Source: an uncultured Eubacteriales bacterium (GTDB taxonomy: Bacteria; Acidobacteriota; Aminicenantia; Aminicenantales; Saccharicenantaceae). Taken from it: a stretch of 45,980 nucleotides of DNA. The notes under the pieces were generated by a model. That model saw only the letters and a list, made by a program, of their open reading frames with translations, was not told where the DNA came from and made no database searches. How positions within the stretch are numbered: the first letter of the stretch is position 1; each line of letters begins with the position of its first letter. A program made the position numbers and the translations under genes. Where the stretch lies: the NCBI GenBank assembly GCA_964541055.1, contig CAZIQR010000002.1, forward strand, positions 1 to 45,980, written 5' to 3'. Positions 9,017-17,126 of this stretch are shown one piece after another.

Positions 9017-11164
9017 CTAATCGACGGTCATGTCGGTCTCTTTGGGGGGCTTGACGGCGGCGGCGGTGCGGGGCAGCCAGACGAGCATCGGGCCGGCGCC
9101 GCGGTTGGCCCAAGCGTAATACGGGACGGCCTGGAAGCGGCGCGGCGTCTCGAGGGTCTGTCCGGCGGCGCTCTTCGAGACCGTCAGGGCCGGGCCCGTG
9201 ATGACAGCGATCCCGTTAAGGAGATCCGTTCTGAAATCCGCCGACAGAACTGCGGCGTCCGGGACAACGAGGTCGAACACGCGGCCGTCGTTGTCCACGC
9301 CTTCGACGGCGTACACGATCGGTCCGCGCTGGAGGGCGATTCGTCCGGCGTCCTCGGTCACGCCGGCATTGGCCAGGACCCGGCGCACGGGCATCGGCAG
9401 AGCGAGCTCGACGGTGTCGCCGGACTTCCAGTCGCGGCGGATGCGGGCGTAGCCGTCGCGAAGATCGATGGCCTTTTCACGGCCGTTCACTTTCATGATC
9501 GGCTTTTCGTTCACGGTATCAAGGAAGGCATAGAGGCCGGTGGGCATGGCCTCGCCCCGGGCCCAGCCGGGGATGCGCACGGCCATCTCGAACGAGCCCG
9601 GGGTTTCGGGAGTGACGGTCAGCTTGACCGCCCCGTCCCAAGGATAGCGCGTCTCTTGGGTCAGGACGACGGGATGGCCGCCCGGGGCCGCCTTCCCCGT
9701 CCCGGCGATGAAGAGGTTGACGAAGAGGACGTCGTCCTTCGTCGCATAGACATAGCCGGGAAGCGAGGGCAGGAAGCGGGTCATGTTCGGCGGGCAGCAG
9801 GCCACCTCGAACCACGGGCTGCGGCCGTAGCCGCCGGCGGATTCGAGGGGATTCTGATAGAAGAAGCGGTCGCCGCTGAGGGCCACGCCGGAGAGCAGGC
9901 CGTTGTAGAGTACGCGCTCGAAAACGTCCATGTACTTCGACTCGCCGTGGAGAAGGAAGAGGCGGTAGTTCCAGAGGGCGTTGCCGATCGCGGCGCAGGT
10001 CTCGGTGTAGGCTTCGGCGTTCGGCAGCTCGTAGGCCGCTCCGAAGGCCTCGGAGCCGCCGCGGGCGCCGACGCCGCCCGTGAGGTACTGCTTCTTGCCG
10101 GCCACGTTCAGCCAGAGACGGTCGATGGCCGCGACATATTCCGGATAGCCGCCGAGGGCGGCGACATCGGCCATGCCCGAATACATGTACATCGCCCGGA
10201 CGGCGTGGCCGACGGCCTCGTCCTGCTCGACGACGGGCTTGTGGTTCTGCAAGTACTCGTCGGAGTCGTAGACGGCGAAAGGATCGTTCGCGGCGTGCCG
10301 CTCGCCGCCGAAATAATGGCCGCGCTCGTCGAGGAAGAACTTGGCCAGGTCGAGATAGGCGCGATTGCCGGTGGCGCGATAGAGCTTGGAGAGGCCGATC
10401 TCGATCTCCTGGTGGCCGGGGAAGCCGCGCCGCCGGCCTGGGCCCGTGCCGAAGGTGCGAAGGAGGAGGGCGGCGTTCTTCTCGGCGATGGCCAGGAAGG
10501 CGCGTTTGCCGGTGGCCTGGAAATGGGCCACGGCCGCCTCGTACATGTGGCCGACGTTGTAGAGCTCATGGCTGACGCGCAGGTTCGACCAACGCTCAGG
10601 GCCGGCGCCCGGCGCGGGATGCGCCGGGTCGACGGTGCGGGTCGTATAGAGGTACCCGTCGGGCTCCTGGGCTTTGGCGATGAGGGCGATGAGGTCGTCG
10701 AGGGTCTTGTCGAGGACCGGGTCGGGGTGGAGGCGGAGGGTGTAGGCGGCCGCCTCCATGGACTTGTAGACGTCGGAGTCGTTGAAGCGGCGGCCCTTGT
10801 AAGGCCCGCTCATGAGGCGGGCGGCCTTGCGGAAGTTGTCGATCCGGCCGGTCTCCTCGTTCATGCGCAGGGCGTAGGGGACGGAGACGGTGCGGTTGGT
10901 CTCGAGCCGGAGGGCCCAGAAGGAATCCGCAAGCGTGACTTCGGTGAAGGGGACGGGGCGGACGGGATAATCGAGGGCGGACGATGAAGAAGCGGAGGCG
11001 GAAGAGGAGGGCGGCGGCGAGGGAGGCGGCGTGTTTTGCCGGCCACGGCAGGCGGGCCAGACGAGTTGAGCGACAAGGGCCGCCGCTGTGATGGCCAAGG
11101 CGGCAGGGCGGCGGGAAGAGGGACGGGTTTCTTGCGCGATCGGTCGCTCGCTCGTATTGATCAT
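9017..11164 (-). CDS. glycoside hydrolase family 127 (beta-L-arabinofuranosidase, DUF1680-type)
   Basis: DUF1680/GH127-like blocks: VTLADSFWALRLETNRTVSVPYAL, GRIDNFRKAA, SHELYNVGHMYEAAVAHFQATGKRAFL, GHQEIEIGLSKLYRATGNRAYLDLAKFF. Start moved to ATG 11164 (MINTSERP..., GGAGG SD, SRRPAALAITAAAL twin-arginine-like signal). The listed N-terminal 97 aa would overlap the divergent tauE-like gene. Confidence 0.85.
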   Translation of the reverse strand: MINTSERPIAQETRPSSRRPAALAITAAALVAQLVWPACRGRQNTPPPSPPPSSSASASSSSALDYPVRPVPFTEVTLADSFWALRLETNRTVSVPYALRMNEETGRIDNFRKAARLMSGPYKGRRFNDSDVYKSMEAAAYTLRLHPDPVLDKTLDDLIALIAKAQEPDGYLYTTRTVDPAHPAPGAGPERWSNLRVSHELYNVGHMYEAAVAHFQATGKRAFLAIAEKNAALLLRTFGTGPGRRRGFPGHQEIEIGLSKLYRATGNRAYLDLAKFFLDERGHYFGGERHAANDPFAVYDSDEYLQNHKPVVEQDEAVGHAVRAMYMYSGMADVAALGGYPEYVAAIDRLWLNVAGKKQYLTGGVGARGGSEAFGAAYELPNAEAYTETCAAIGNALWNYRLFLLHGESKYMDVFERVLYNGLLSGVALSGDRFFYQNPLESAGGYGRSPWFEVACCPPNMTRFLPSLPGYVYATKDDVLFVNLFIAGTGKAAPGGHPVVLTQETRYPWDGAVKLTVTPETPGSFEMAVRIPGWARGEAMPTGLYAFLDTVNEKPIMKVNGREKAIDLRDGYARIRRDWKSGDTVELALPMPVRRVLANAGVTEDAGRIALQRGPIVYAVEGVDNDGRVFDLVVPDAAVLSADFRTDLLNGIAVITGPALTVSKSAAGQTLETPRRFQAVPYYAWANRGAGPMLVWLPRTAAAVKPPKETDMTVD

Positions 11165-11225
11165 GACGCCTCCATGGCCCCGCGAAGGCCCCGGGACCCA
11201 ATAGACTATCTTATCGCCTCGCCGT

Positions 11226-11265
11226 CCCGGAGGCAATTGCGGGCCTCCGGGGATTGACATATAAT
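11226..11265 (+). promoter_or_regulatory. 9-bp palindrome plus TATAAT -10 directly upstream of the TauE-family gene
   Basis: CCCGGAGGC (11226-11234) / GCCTCCGGG (11243-11251) with an 8-nt loop. TTGACA is at 11254-11259, immediately followed by TATAAT at 11260-11265. The ATG is at 11274 (8 nt after the -10) with no SD. Confidence 0.4.
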
Positions 11266-11273
11266 CGCGCCTT

Positions 11274-12050
11274 ATGAGCGGGCCCTGGTTGATCCTGGTC
11301 GGCGTCGCGGCCGGCGTTTTCGCCGGGCTGTTCGGCATCGGCGGCGGCATCATCATCGTGCCGTCGCTCATCCTGCTCGCGGCATTCCCGCTCGTCAAGG
11401 CCACGGGGACGTCGCTCGCCGCCATCCTCTTGCCGGTCGGGATCCTGGGGGTCATCGCCTACTACAAGGCCAAGGTCATCGACCTCCGGGCGTCGGCGTT
11501 CCTGGCGGCGGGGCTCCTGACGTCGGTCGTGGTCGGCGCCTGGCTGGCGAACACGCTGCCGGTCGACCTGATGCGCAAGTTCTTCGCCCTCTTCTGCCTC
11601 TATGTCAGTTGGAGCTTCATCGACCCGGTGCGGCGGTTCAGGAAGTGGCGGGGGCTCGAGGTCAAGCCCAAACCCGAGCCCGAGGAGAACCCGCATCCGT
11701 CGCCGTGGCCGCTCATCGGCATCGGGCTCCTGGCGGGGGTCATGGCCGGGATGTTCGGCATCGGCGGCGGCAACATCATCGTGCCGCTGCTGACCCTGGC
11801 CCTGCACTATCCGCCCAAGCGGGCCATCGCCACGTCGCTCGGGGCGATCATGTTCCCCTTCGGCATCCCCGGCGTGATCTATTATCACCGGGCCGGCCAT
11901 CTCGACCTGGCCGCGGCGGCCTGGATCGCCGGCGGGCTGTTCATCGGGACGGTCTTCGGGGCCTTGATCACCATCAGCCTGCCCGGCCGCACGGTCAAGT
12001 TCCTCTACGGCCTCTTCTTCCTCTTCGTCGCTTTCCGGTTCTTCTTTTAG
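11274..12050 (+). CDS. TauE/SafE (TSUP) family anion/sulfite exporter permease
   Basis: 258 aa, polytopic. Duplicated FGIGGG(I/N)IIVP motif in each half, typical of TSUP/TauE. Confidence 0.85.
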   Translation: MSGPWLILVGVAAGVFAGLFGIGGGIIIVPSLILLAAFPLVKATGTSLAAILLPVGILGVIAYYKAKVIDLRASAFLAAGLLTSVVVGAWLANTLPVDLMRKFFALFCLYVSWSFIDPVRRFRKWRGLEVKPKPEPEENPHPSPWPLIGIGLLAGVMAGMFGIGGGNIIVPLLTLALHYPPKRAIATSLGAIMFPFGIPGVIYYHRAGHLDLAAAAWIAGGLFIGTVFGALITISLPGRTVKFLYGLFFLFVAFRFFF

Positions 12051-12138
12051 CGGGGTCAGGCCCCAGAAAATGCCTTAATTATCAATCGCTTAAGATCGAT
12101 TTTCAGGCCATAAACCGCCTTAGGTTCGCGGTTGTTGG
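12051..12138 (+). repeat. post-stop repeat element, copy A (hairpin GGGGTCAGGCCCC plus ~75-nt tail)
   Basis: Begins 1 nt after the TAG stop (12048-12050): C-GGGGTCAGGCCCCAG... Aligns by hand over ~90 nt with the reverse complement of 13951-14041. The core is also found at 9004-9017. Confidence 0.55.
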
Positions 12139-12178
12139 ACCAAAACGAACGGGTTGGGGGGCGAGAGCGGGGATATGA

Positions 12179-12580
12179 TCAGATTTTGAACAACTTCCCA
12201 GTCGCCCGGGCGATCTCCCGGCCTTCGCCGTCATAAAGAAAGCTCTCCGCCAGGACGATGCGGCCCTTGTCCTCGACGAACCGCCCCTTGAGCGAGTAAG
12301 CGACCCCGGTCGAGGCGGGCTTGACGTAGCGCACCGTGACCTCGCCTGTTACGCACTTGAAGCCGCGCGCGCCGGCCGCGTAGATCAGCGCCTCGTCGAG
12401 CACGGTCGCGAGCAGCCCGCCGTGGACGACATCCGCCCAGCCTTGGAAGTAGGCCGGGAACGTCACCTCGGAGGCCGACTCGCCGCGCTCCTGGTCCGTT
12501 CTCAGCTTGAGCTTCAGGCCGACGGGGTTGTTCTCCCCGCAGACGAAACACATCCGGTCGTCGCGAAATCCTTCGGTCAT
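12179..12580 (-). CDS. PaaI-family (hotdog fold) acyl-CoA thioesterase
   Basis: MTEGFRDDRMCFVCGENNPVGLKLKL...WADVVHGGLLATVLDEALIYAAG is typical of PaaI/YbgC-like hotdog proteins. Start set to ATG 12580 (AAGGAG 8 nt upstream). The remaining N-terminal extension of the listed 276-aa ORF is Pro/Arg/Ala-rich and overlaps the divergent gene. Confidence 0.8.
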   Translation of the reverse strand: MTEGFRDDRMCFVCGENNPVGLKLKLRTDQERGESASEVTFPAYFQGWADVVHGGLLATVLDEALIYAAGARGFKCVTGEVTVRYVKPASTGVAYSLKGRFVEDKGRIVLAESFLYDGEGREIARATGKLFKI

Positions 12581-12713
12581 GGCCAGGGCTCCTTGCGCAT
12601 CTCGTCCCTCTCCGTGTAGCACAGCCGGCCCCGCTTCGGCAAGTCCTGCCTCTTGCCCGCCGGGCCGCAATCGTTTATAAGGGTAGGGTCCGTTCGCCCG
12701 AAGGGAGATCGAT

Positions 12714-13289
12714 ATGACGCGCGGCCCGTTCCGGTTCCTGTGGATCGTCCTTCTGCTCGTCATCGGCGTCGGCGCAGCCATGGCCGCCGGCTCTTCGCAG
12801 CAGCCGCCGGCCGGCGCGCCCGCCGACGTTTGGGCCCCCTTCCGCTTCTTCGTCGGAACCTGGAAGGGCGCCGGCGCGGGGAGCCCGGGCGCCGGGGCGG
12901 GCGAACAGAACTGGGCCTTCATCCTCCGCGGGACATTCCTCGAGGTGCAGAACAAAGCCGTCTTCGACCCGCAGGAAAAGAACCCGAAAGGCGAAGTCCA
13001 CGAGGACATGGGCGTCTTCAGCTACGACAAGGCTCGCCAAAAATACATCCTCCGCCAGTTCCACGTCGAGGGATTCGTCAATCAATACATCCTCGAGAGC
13101 CTGCCGGCCGACGGCAAGACCTTCGTCTTCGTGTCCGAGTCGATCGAGAACATCCCCGCCGGCTTCAAGGCCCGCCTGACCTACCGGCTCCTCGATCCCG
13201 ACTCGTTCGAGCAGACCTTCGACCTCGCCCCGCCCGGGCAGGCCTTCACCTGCTACAGCAAGGGCGTGATGAAACGCGTGAAGGGATAA
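12714..13289 (+). CDS. secreted beta-barrel protein (DUF1579 / nitrobindin-lipocalin-like), function unknown
   Basis: Signal peptide MTRGPFRFLWIVLLLVIGVGAAMA. FFVGTWKG motif and alternating beta-strand pattern. AAGGGAG SD. The family call is from memory of the GxWxG pattern only. Confidence 0.65.
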   Translation: MTRGPFRFLWIVLLLVIGVGAAMAAGSSQQPPAGAPADVWAPFRFFVGTWKGAGAGSPGAGAGEQNWAFILRGTFLEVQNKAVFDPQEKNPKGEVHEDMGVFSYDKARQKYILRQFHVEGFVNQYILESLPADGKTFVFVSESIENIPAGFKARLTYRLLDPDSFEQTFDLAPPGQAFTCYSKGVMKRVKG

Positions 13290-13298
13290 GGAAACACC

Positions 13299-13901
13299 AT
13301 GACCGAACCCGCCGCCGACGCGACCGTCCTCACCCTATTCAAGGAGAGCGACGCCCTCCTCCACGGGCACTTCAAGCTGACCTCGGGCAAGCACTCGGAA
13401 TGGTACTTCGAGAAGATCCGGCTCATCGAGAAGCCGGCGGCCCTCGACAGGATCGTCGACCTCCTCGTGGCCAAGATCCGCCGCGAGGTCTTGGATTTCG
13501 ACTACGTCGTCTCCCCCGCCTACGGCGCGATCGCCATCGGCTTCCTGGCCGCGCTCAAGCTCGGCAAGCGGTTCGCCTTCACCCAGCGCGGCGCCGACGA
13601 GAAGATGACCATCCGTTCGGGCTTCTCGGGACTCGACGGCGCGCGGGCCGTCGTCGTCGAGGACATCCTCACGACCGGCGGCTCGATCCAGGAGGTCCTG
13701 GCCTGCCTGCGCGAGCACCGGGTTGCCGTCGCCGGGATCTACGTCCTCGTCGACCGCACGGCCGGGTCGGTGACGATCGAGGGCCAGCCGGTCGGGAGCC
13801 TGCTCGCCCTCAAGGTCGAGGCCTTCGAGCCGGACGTCTGCCCCTTCTGTGCGAAAGGGGTCCCGCTCGCGAAGCCGGGCGCGTCGGACAAAAAGGTCTA
13901 A
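13299..13901 (+). CDS. pyrE: orotate phosphoribosyltransferase
   Basis: LLHGHFKLTSGKHSEWYFEK N-terminus and PRPP-binding motif AVVVEDILTTGGS. Confidence 0.85.
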   Translation: MTEPAADATVLTLFKESDALLHGHFKLTSGKHSEWYFEKIRLIEKPAALDRIVDLLVAKIRREVLDFDYVVSPAYGAIAIGFLAALKLGKRFAFTQRGADEKMTIRSGFSGLDGARAVVVEDILTTGGSIQEVLACLREHRVAVAGIYVLVDRTAGSVTIEGQPVGSLLALKVEAFEPDVCPFCAKGVPLAKPGASDKKV

Positions 13902-13950
13902 ACGACAACGCCCCGGGAGGCCGGGTCGTCATCTTCGATTTCTCGTTTTC

Positions 13951-14041
13951 GGGCCTAATAACACCGTTTTAAGGCCCTATCTGGCCCCCAAAACTGGGCT
14001 ATCTCACTGATAAATCAGGCCATTCCTGGGGTCAGACCCCG
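13951..14041 (-). repeat. post-stop repeat element, copy B (hairpin GGGGTCTGACCCC plus tail), inverted relative to copy A
   Basis: On the minus strand it starts 1 nt after the TAA stop of the RND gene (14042-14044): C-GGGGTCTGACCCCAGGAATGGCCTGATTTATCAG... About two-thirds of positions match copy A in my hand alignment. Confidence 0.55.
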
Positions 14042-17000
14042 TTAGGCCCGCGCCTTTTCGCCGTTCGGGACCTGGACGGCCTTCTTCTTTCCCAGCTTGT
14101 CGGACACGACGTAGAACGCCGGGACGACGATCAGGCTCAGGGCCGTCGACAGCACCAGGCCGCCGATGACGGCGATAGCCATGGGCATGCGGATCTCGGA
14201 CCCCGAGCCGATCCCCAATGCCGGCGGGATGGCGGCCATCATCGTCGCCGTGGCCGTCATCAGGATCGGCCGCAGCCGGATCGGCCCCGCCTTCTCCATG
14301 GATTCCTTGGCGTTGAAACCCTGGTTGCGGAAAGCGTTGGCGTAGTCGACGAGGATGATGGAGTTCTTCTTGACGATGCCCATCAGGAGCAGCAGCCCGA
14401 TCATGCTGAAGATATTGAGCGACTGACCGGCGATGAGCAGGGCGAAGGCCGCGCCGGCGACCGACAGCGGCAGAATGGTGATGATCGTGACCGGGTCCTT
14501 GAACGAGTTGAACTGCGAGCCGAGGATCATGTAAGCGATAAGGATGCCGAGGACCATGGCGAAGAGCAGACTGCTCATCGATTCGCGGAAGGCCATGCTC
14601 GACCCGCCGAGGACGATCCGGTAGCCGACCGGCAGCGTCTTGCCCAGCCCCTCGACGACGCGCAGCGCCTCCGCCTGGGCATGGCCCGGGGCGATGTTGG
14701 CGTAGATCGAGATGGCCCGCTCGCGGTCGCGCCGGGTAATGGCCTGCAGGGCCGCCTCCTCGTCAAACTGGACGAGCGTCGAGAGCGGCACGAGCTCGCC
14801 GTTCCGGGCCCGGACGCGCAGCCGCGAGATGTCCTCGGGACGGGAGCGCTGGCCGGCCATCAGCTTGACGCGGACGTCGAGCCGGCGGCCGCCGGTGCTG
14901 TACTTGCCGACGCGGATGCCCCCGACCAGGGCGTTGATGGTCGTGGCCACCTCGTCGACCGAGACGCCGACGTCGGCGCACACGGCCCGGTCCGGGGTCA
15001 CCCGCAGCTCGGGCATGCCGACGCGGTAGTCCGAATCGAGGTCGGTGACGACGCCGCTCGCGTTGAGGTCGCCCATGACCCTCTGGCTCAACGGCACGAG
15101 CTGGTTCCAGTCGGAGCCGCGCACGGAGAACTCGACCGGGAAGCCGCGCTGGGCCGTGAAGCCCTGCTGCGAGGTGTCCTGGATGACGGCCCGGATGCCC
15201 GGGATGGCGTTGAGCTCGCGCCGCAGGACGGCCCCGAGCTCCGCCTGGCTGAGCTTGCGCTCCTTGGGCGGGACCAGGGTCATGAAGATCATGCCGGAGT
15301 TTACGCCGCCGCCGCCCATGCCGCCGACGAAGCTGAAGACCTGCTCGGCCTCGGGGTGCGACTTGATGATGGCCTCGGCCTTGACGAGCAGGGCGTCCGT
15401 CTCGGTAAGGTCCGAGCCGACGGCCGTCTGGAGGCGGATCGAGATCTGGCTCTGGTCCTGGGACGGGACGAACTCGCTCGGCAGGATCAGGAAGACGGCC
15501 AGGGCGGCCGCGAAGAGTACCCCCGCCAGGACGAGCACGAGACCGGGCTTGCGCAGCCCGCCGCGCAGGATCCGGCCGTAGGCTTTCTCGAGCCGGCCGA
15601 ACTCGCGGTCGACGGCCTGGCCGATCCTGTTCCGGCCTTCGCGCGAGGTCTTGAGGAACTGCGAGCAACGGGCCGGGGCCAGGGTGACGGCCTCGATGTA
15701 AGAGAGGAGCACGCACAGGCACAGGGTGATGCCGAACTGCAGGAAGTAGCGGCCGATGATGCCCTTCATGAAGATGACCGGGATGAAGATGGCCACGACG
15801 GCCAGGGTCGCCGCCAGGGCGGCGAAGGCGATCTCCTTCGTCCCTTCGAGGGCCGCCGGCACGAGGTCCTTGCCGCCTTCGCGGTGGCGGAAGATGTTCT
15901 CCATGACCATGATGGCGTCGTCGACGACGATGCCGACGGCCAGGGCCAGGGCCAGCAGGGTGAACGTGTTGAACGTGAACCCCAGGAAATAGATGATGGC
16001 CACCGTGCCGAGGAGCGACATGGGGATGGCCAGGATGACGTTGAGGGTGCTCGACAGCGACCCCAGGAACAGCCAGCAGACGAAGGCCGTGAGAAGGACG
16101 GAGAGCAGGAGCTCGAACTGGATCTCCCGGACCGAGTCGCTGATGAACCGGGTGCTGTCGTTGGTGATGCCGAGGGTCATGTCTGCGGGCAGGGTCTTCG
16201 CGTATGCGTCGATGGCCGCCCGGACGCGCTTGGCCAGGGCCACGGCGTTGGCGCCGCGCTGCTTCTTGATGCCCAGGCCCTGGGCCGGGCCGCCGTCCAC
16301 CCGCGCGATGCGCCGGACGTCCTCGAAGCCGTCCTCGACGAGGCTGACGTCGCTGAGATAGATCGGGCTCCCGCCGGACTCGCGGATGACGATCTTGCGG
16401 AAGGTGTCGAGGTCAACGGCCTCGCCGAGGACGCGGACGTTGATCTCCCGGCCGGGCGTCTCGAGCCGGCCGGCCGGCAGCTCGACGTGCTCGCGCTGGA
16501 GGGCGCCGGTCACGTCGCTCACCGTCAGGCCCTTCTCGTCGAGCTTGGCGGCGTCGAGCCAGATGCGGACGTTCCGCGACAGGGTGCCCATCAGCGTGAT
16601 CTCGCCGATGCCGGGGATCGTCTGGAGCTTTTCCTTGAGCCCATACTGGACGAAATCGCTGAGGACGCGCTGGGGATAAGGCCCGCCGAGGCGGACCATC
16701 ATGATCGGGTTGTCCTCGGGGTTGGACTTGGAGACCGTCGGAGGATCCATGTCGCGCGGCAGCCGCCGGACGGCCTGCGAGACCTTGTTCTGGACGTCCT
16801 GGAGGGCGATATCGACGTCGCGGGAGAGCTCGACCTCGACGGTGATGTTGCAGGACCCCTGGCGCGAGCTCGAGGTCAGCGAGCGGATGCCCTCGATCTG
16901 GACGAGCGTCTCCTCGAGCGGCTCGACGACCTCGTTCTCCATGACCTCCGGCGCCGCGCCTTCCCAGCCGGCGGAGACGTTGATCGTCGGGAAGTCGACG

Positions 17001-17116
17001 TCCGGGAACTGGCTGATGCCGATCCGGCCGCCGGCGACGACGCCGAAGACGATCGTCCCGGCCATGAGCATCCAGGCCAGGACCGGTTTCTTGACGCAGG
17101 CTTCGGTCAGGTTCAT
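14042..17116 (-). CDS. RND family efflux transporter permease (AcrB/HAE-type)
   Basis: 1024 aa. N-terminus ...ACVKKPVLAWMLMAGTIVFGVVAGGRIGISQFPDVDFPTINV and twelve-TM / two-large-loop architecture typical of AcrB-like pumps. Confidence 0.95.
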   Translation of the reverse strand: MNLTEACVKKPVLAWMLMAGTIVFGVVAGGRIGISQFPDVDFPTINVSAGWEGAAPEVMENEVVEPLEETLVQIEGIRSLTSSSRQGSCNITVEVELSRDVDIALQDVQNKVSQAVRRLPRDMDPPTVSKSNPEDNPIMMVRLGGPYPQRVLSDFVQYGLKEKLQTIPGIGEITLMGTLSRNVRIWLDAAKLDEKGLTVSDVTGALQREHVELPAGRLETPGREINVRVLGEAVDLDTFRKIVIRESGGSPIYLSDVSLVEDGFEDVRRIARVDGGPAQGLGIKKQRGANAVALAKRVRAAIDAYAKTLPADMTLGITNDSTRFISDSVREIQFELLLSVLLTAFVCWLFLGSLSSTLNVILAIPMSLLGTVAIIYFLGFTFNTFTLLALALAVGIVVDDAIMVMENIFRHREGGKDLVPAALEGTKEIAFAALAATLAVVAIFIPVIFMKGIIGRYFLQFGITLCLCVLLSYIEAVTLAPARCSQFLKTSREGRNRIGQAVDREFGRLEKAYGRILRGGLRKPGLVLVLAGVLFAAALAVFLILPSEFVPSQDQSQISIRLQTAVGSDLTETDALLVKAEAIIKSHPEAEQVFSFVGGMGGGGVNSGMIFMTLVPPKERKLSQAELGAVLRRELNAIPGIRAVIQDTSQQGFTAQRGFPVEFSVRGSDWNQLVPLSQRVMGDLNASGVVTDLDSDYRVGMPELRVTPDRAVCADVGVSVDEVATTINALVGGIRVGKYSTGGRRLDVRVKLMAGQRSRPEDISRLRVRARNGELVPLSTLVQFDEEAALQAITRRDRERAISIYANIAPGHAQAEALRVVEGLGKTLPVGYRIVLGGSSMAFRESMSSLLFAMVLGILIAYMILGSQFNSFKDPVTIITILPLSVAGAAFALLIAGQSLNIFSMIGLLLLMGIVKKNSIILVDYANAFRNQGFNAKESMEKAGPIRLRPILMTATATMMAAIPPALGIGSGSEIRMPMAIAVIGGLVLSTALSLIVVPAFYVVSDKLGKKKAVQVPNGEKARA

Positions 17117-17126
17117 GGGGCGATCC

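Noticed and set aside
6499-9054. Very long plus-strand ORF (851 aa). Similar giants are 14681..17197 (+), 20290..22116 (+), 22065..23999 (+), 24404..25720 (-), 28940..30097 (+), 31143..32843 (+) and 3528..4616 (-).
   Set aside because: All lie antisense to genes with clear family motifs. Their translations are Arg/Gly/Asp/Glu/Pro-rich low-complexity strings with no recognisable domains, signal peptides or SDs. They are the typical stop-codon-poor shadow frames of a high-GC genome.
11165-11455. N-terminal 97-aa extension of the GH127 ORF (listed start 11455).
   Set aside because: It would overlap the divergent TauE gene and its promoter. The internal ATG 11164 has a GGAGG SD and begins a twin-arginine-like signal peptide.
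12581-13009. N-terminal extension of the thioesterase ORF (listed as 276 aa).
   Set aside because: The extension is Pro/Ala/Arg/Gly-rich and overlaps the divergent gene at 12714. The hotdog domain starts at ATG 12580, which has an AAGGAG SD.
14037-14047. GTTAGGC next to the post-stop repeat matches the integron attC core consensus GTTRRRY. I considered integron cassettes for the repeat-flanked blocks.
   Set aside because: No integrase is present. The elements are in inverted rather than direct orientation. The flanked genes have their own promoters and SDs, and no matching RYYYAAC partner occurs at the proper spacing.
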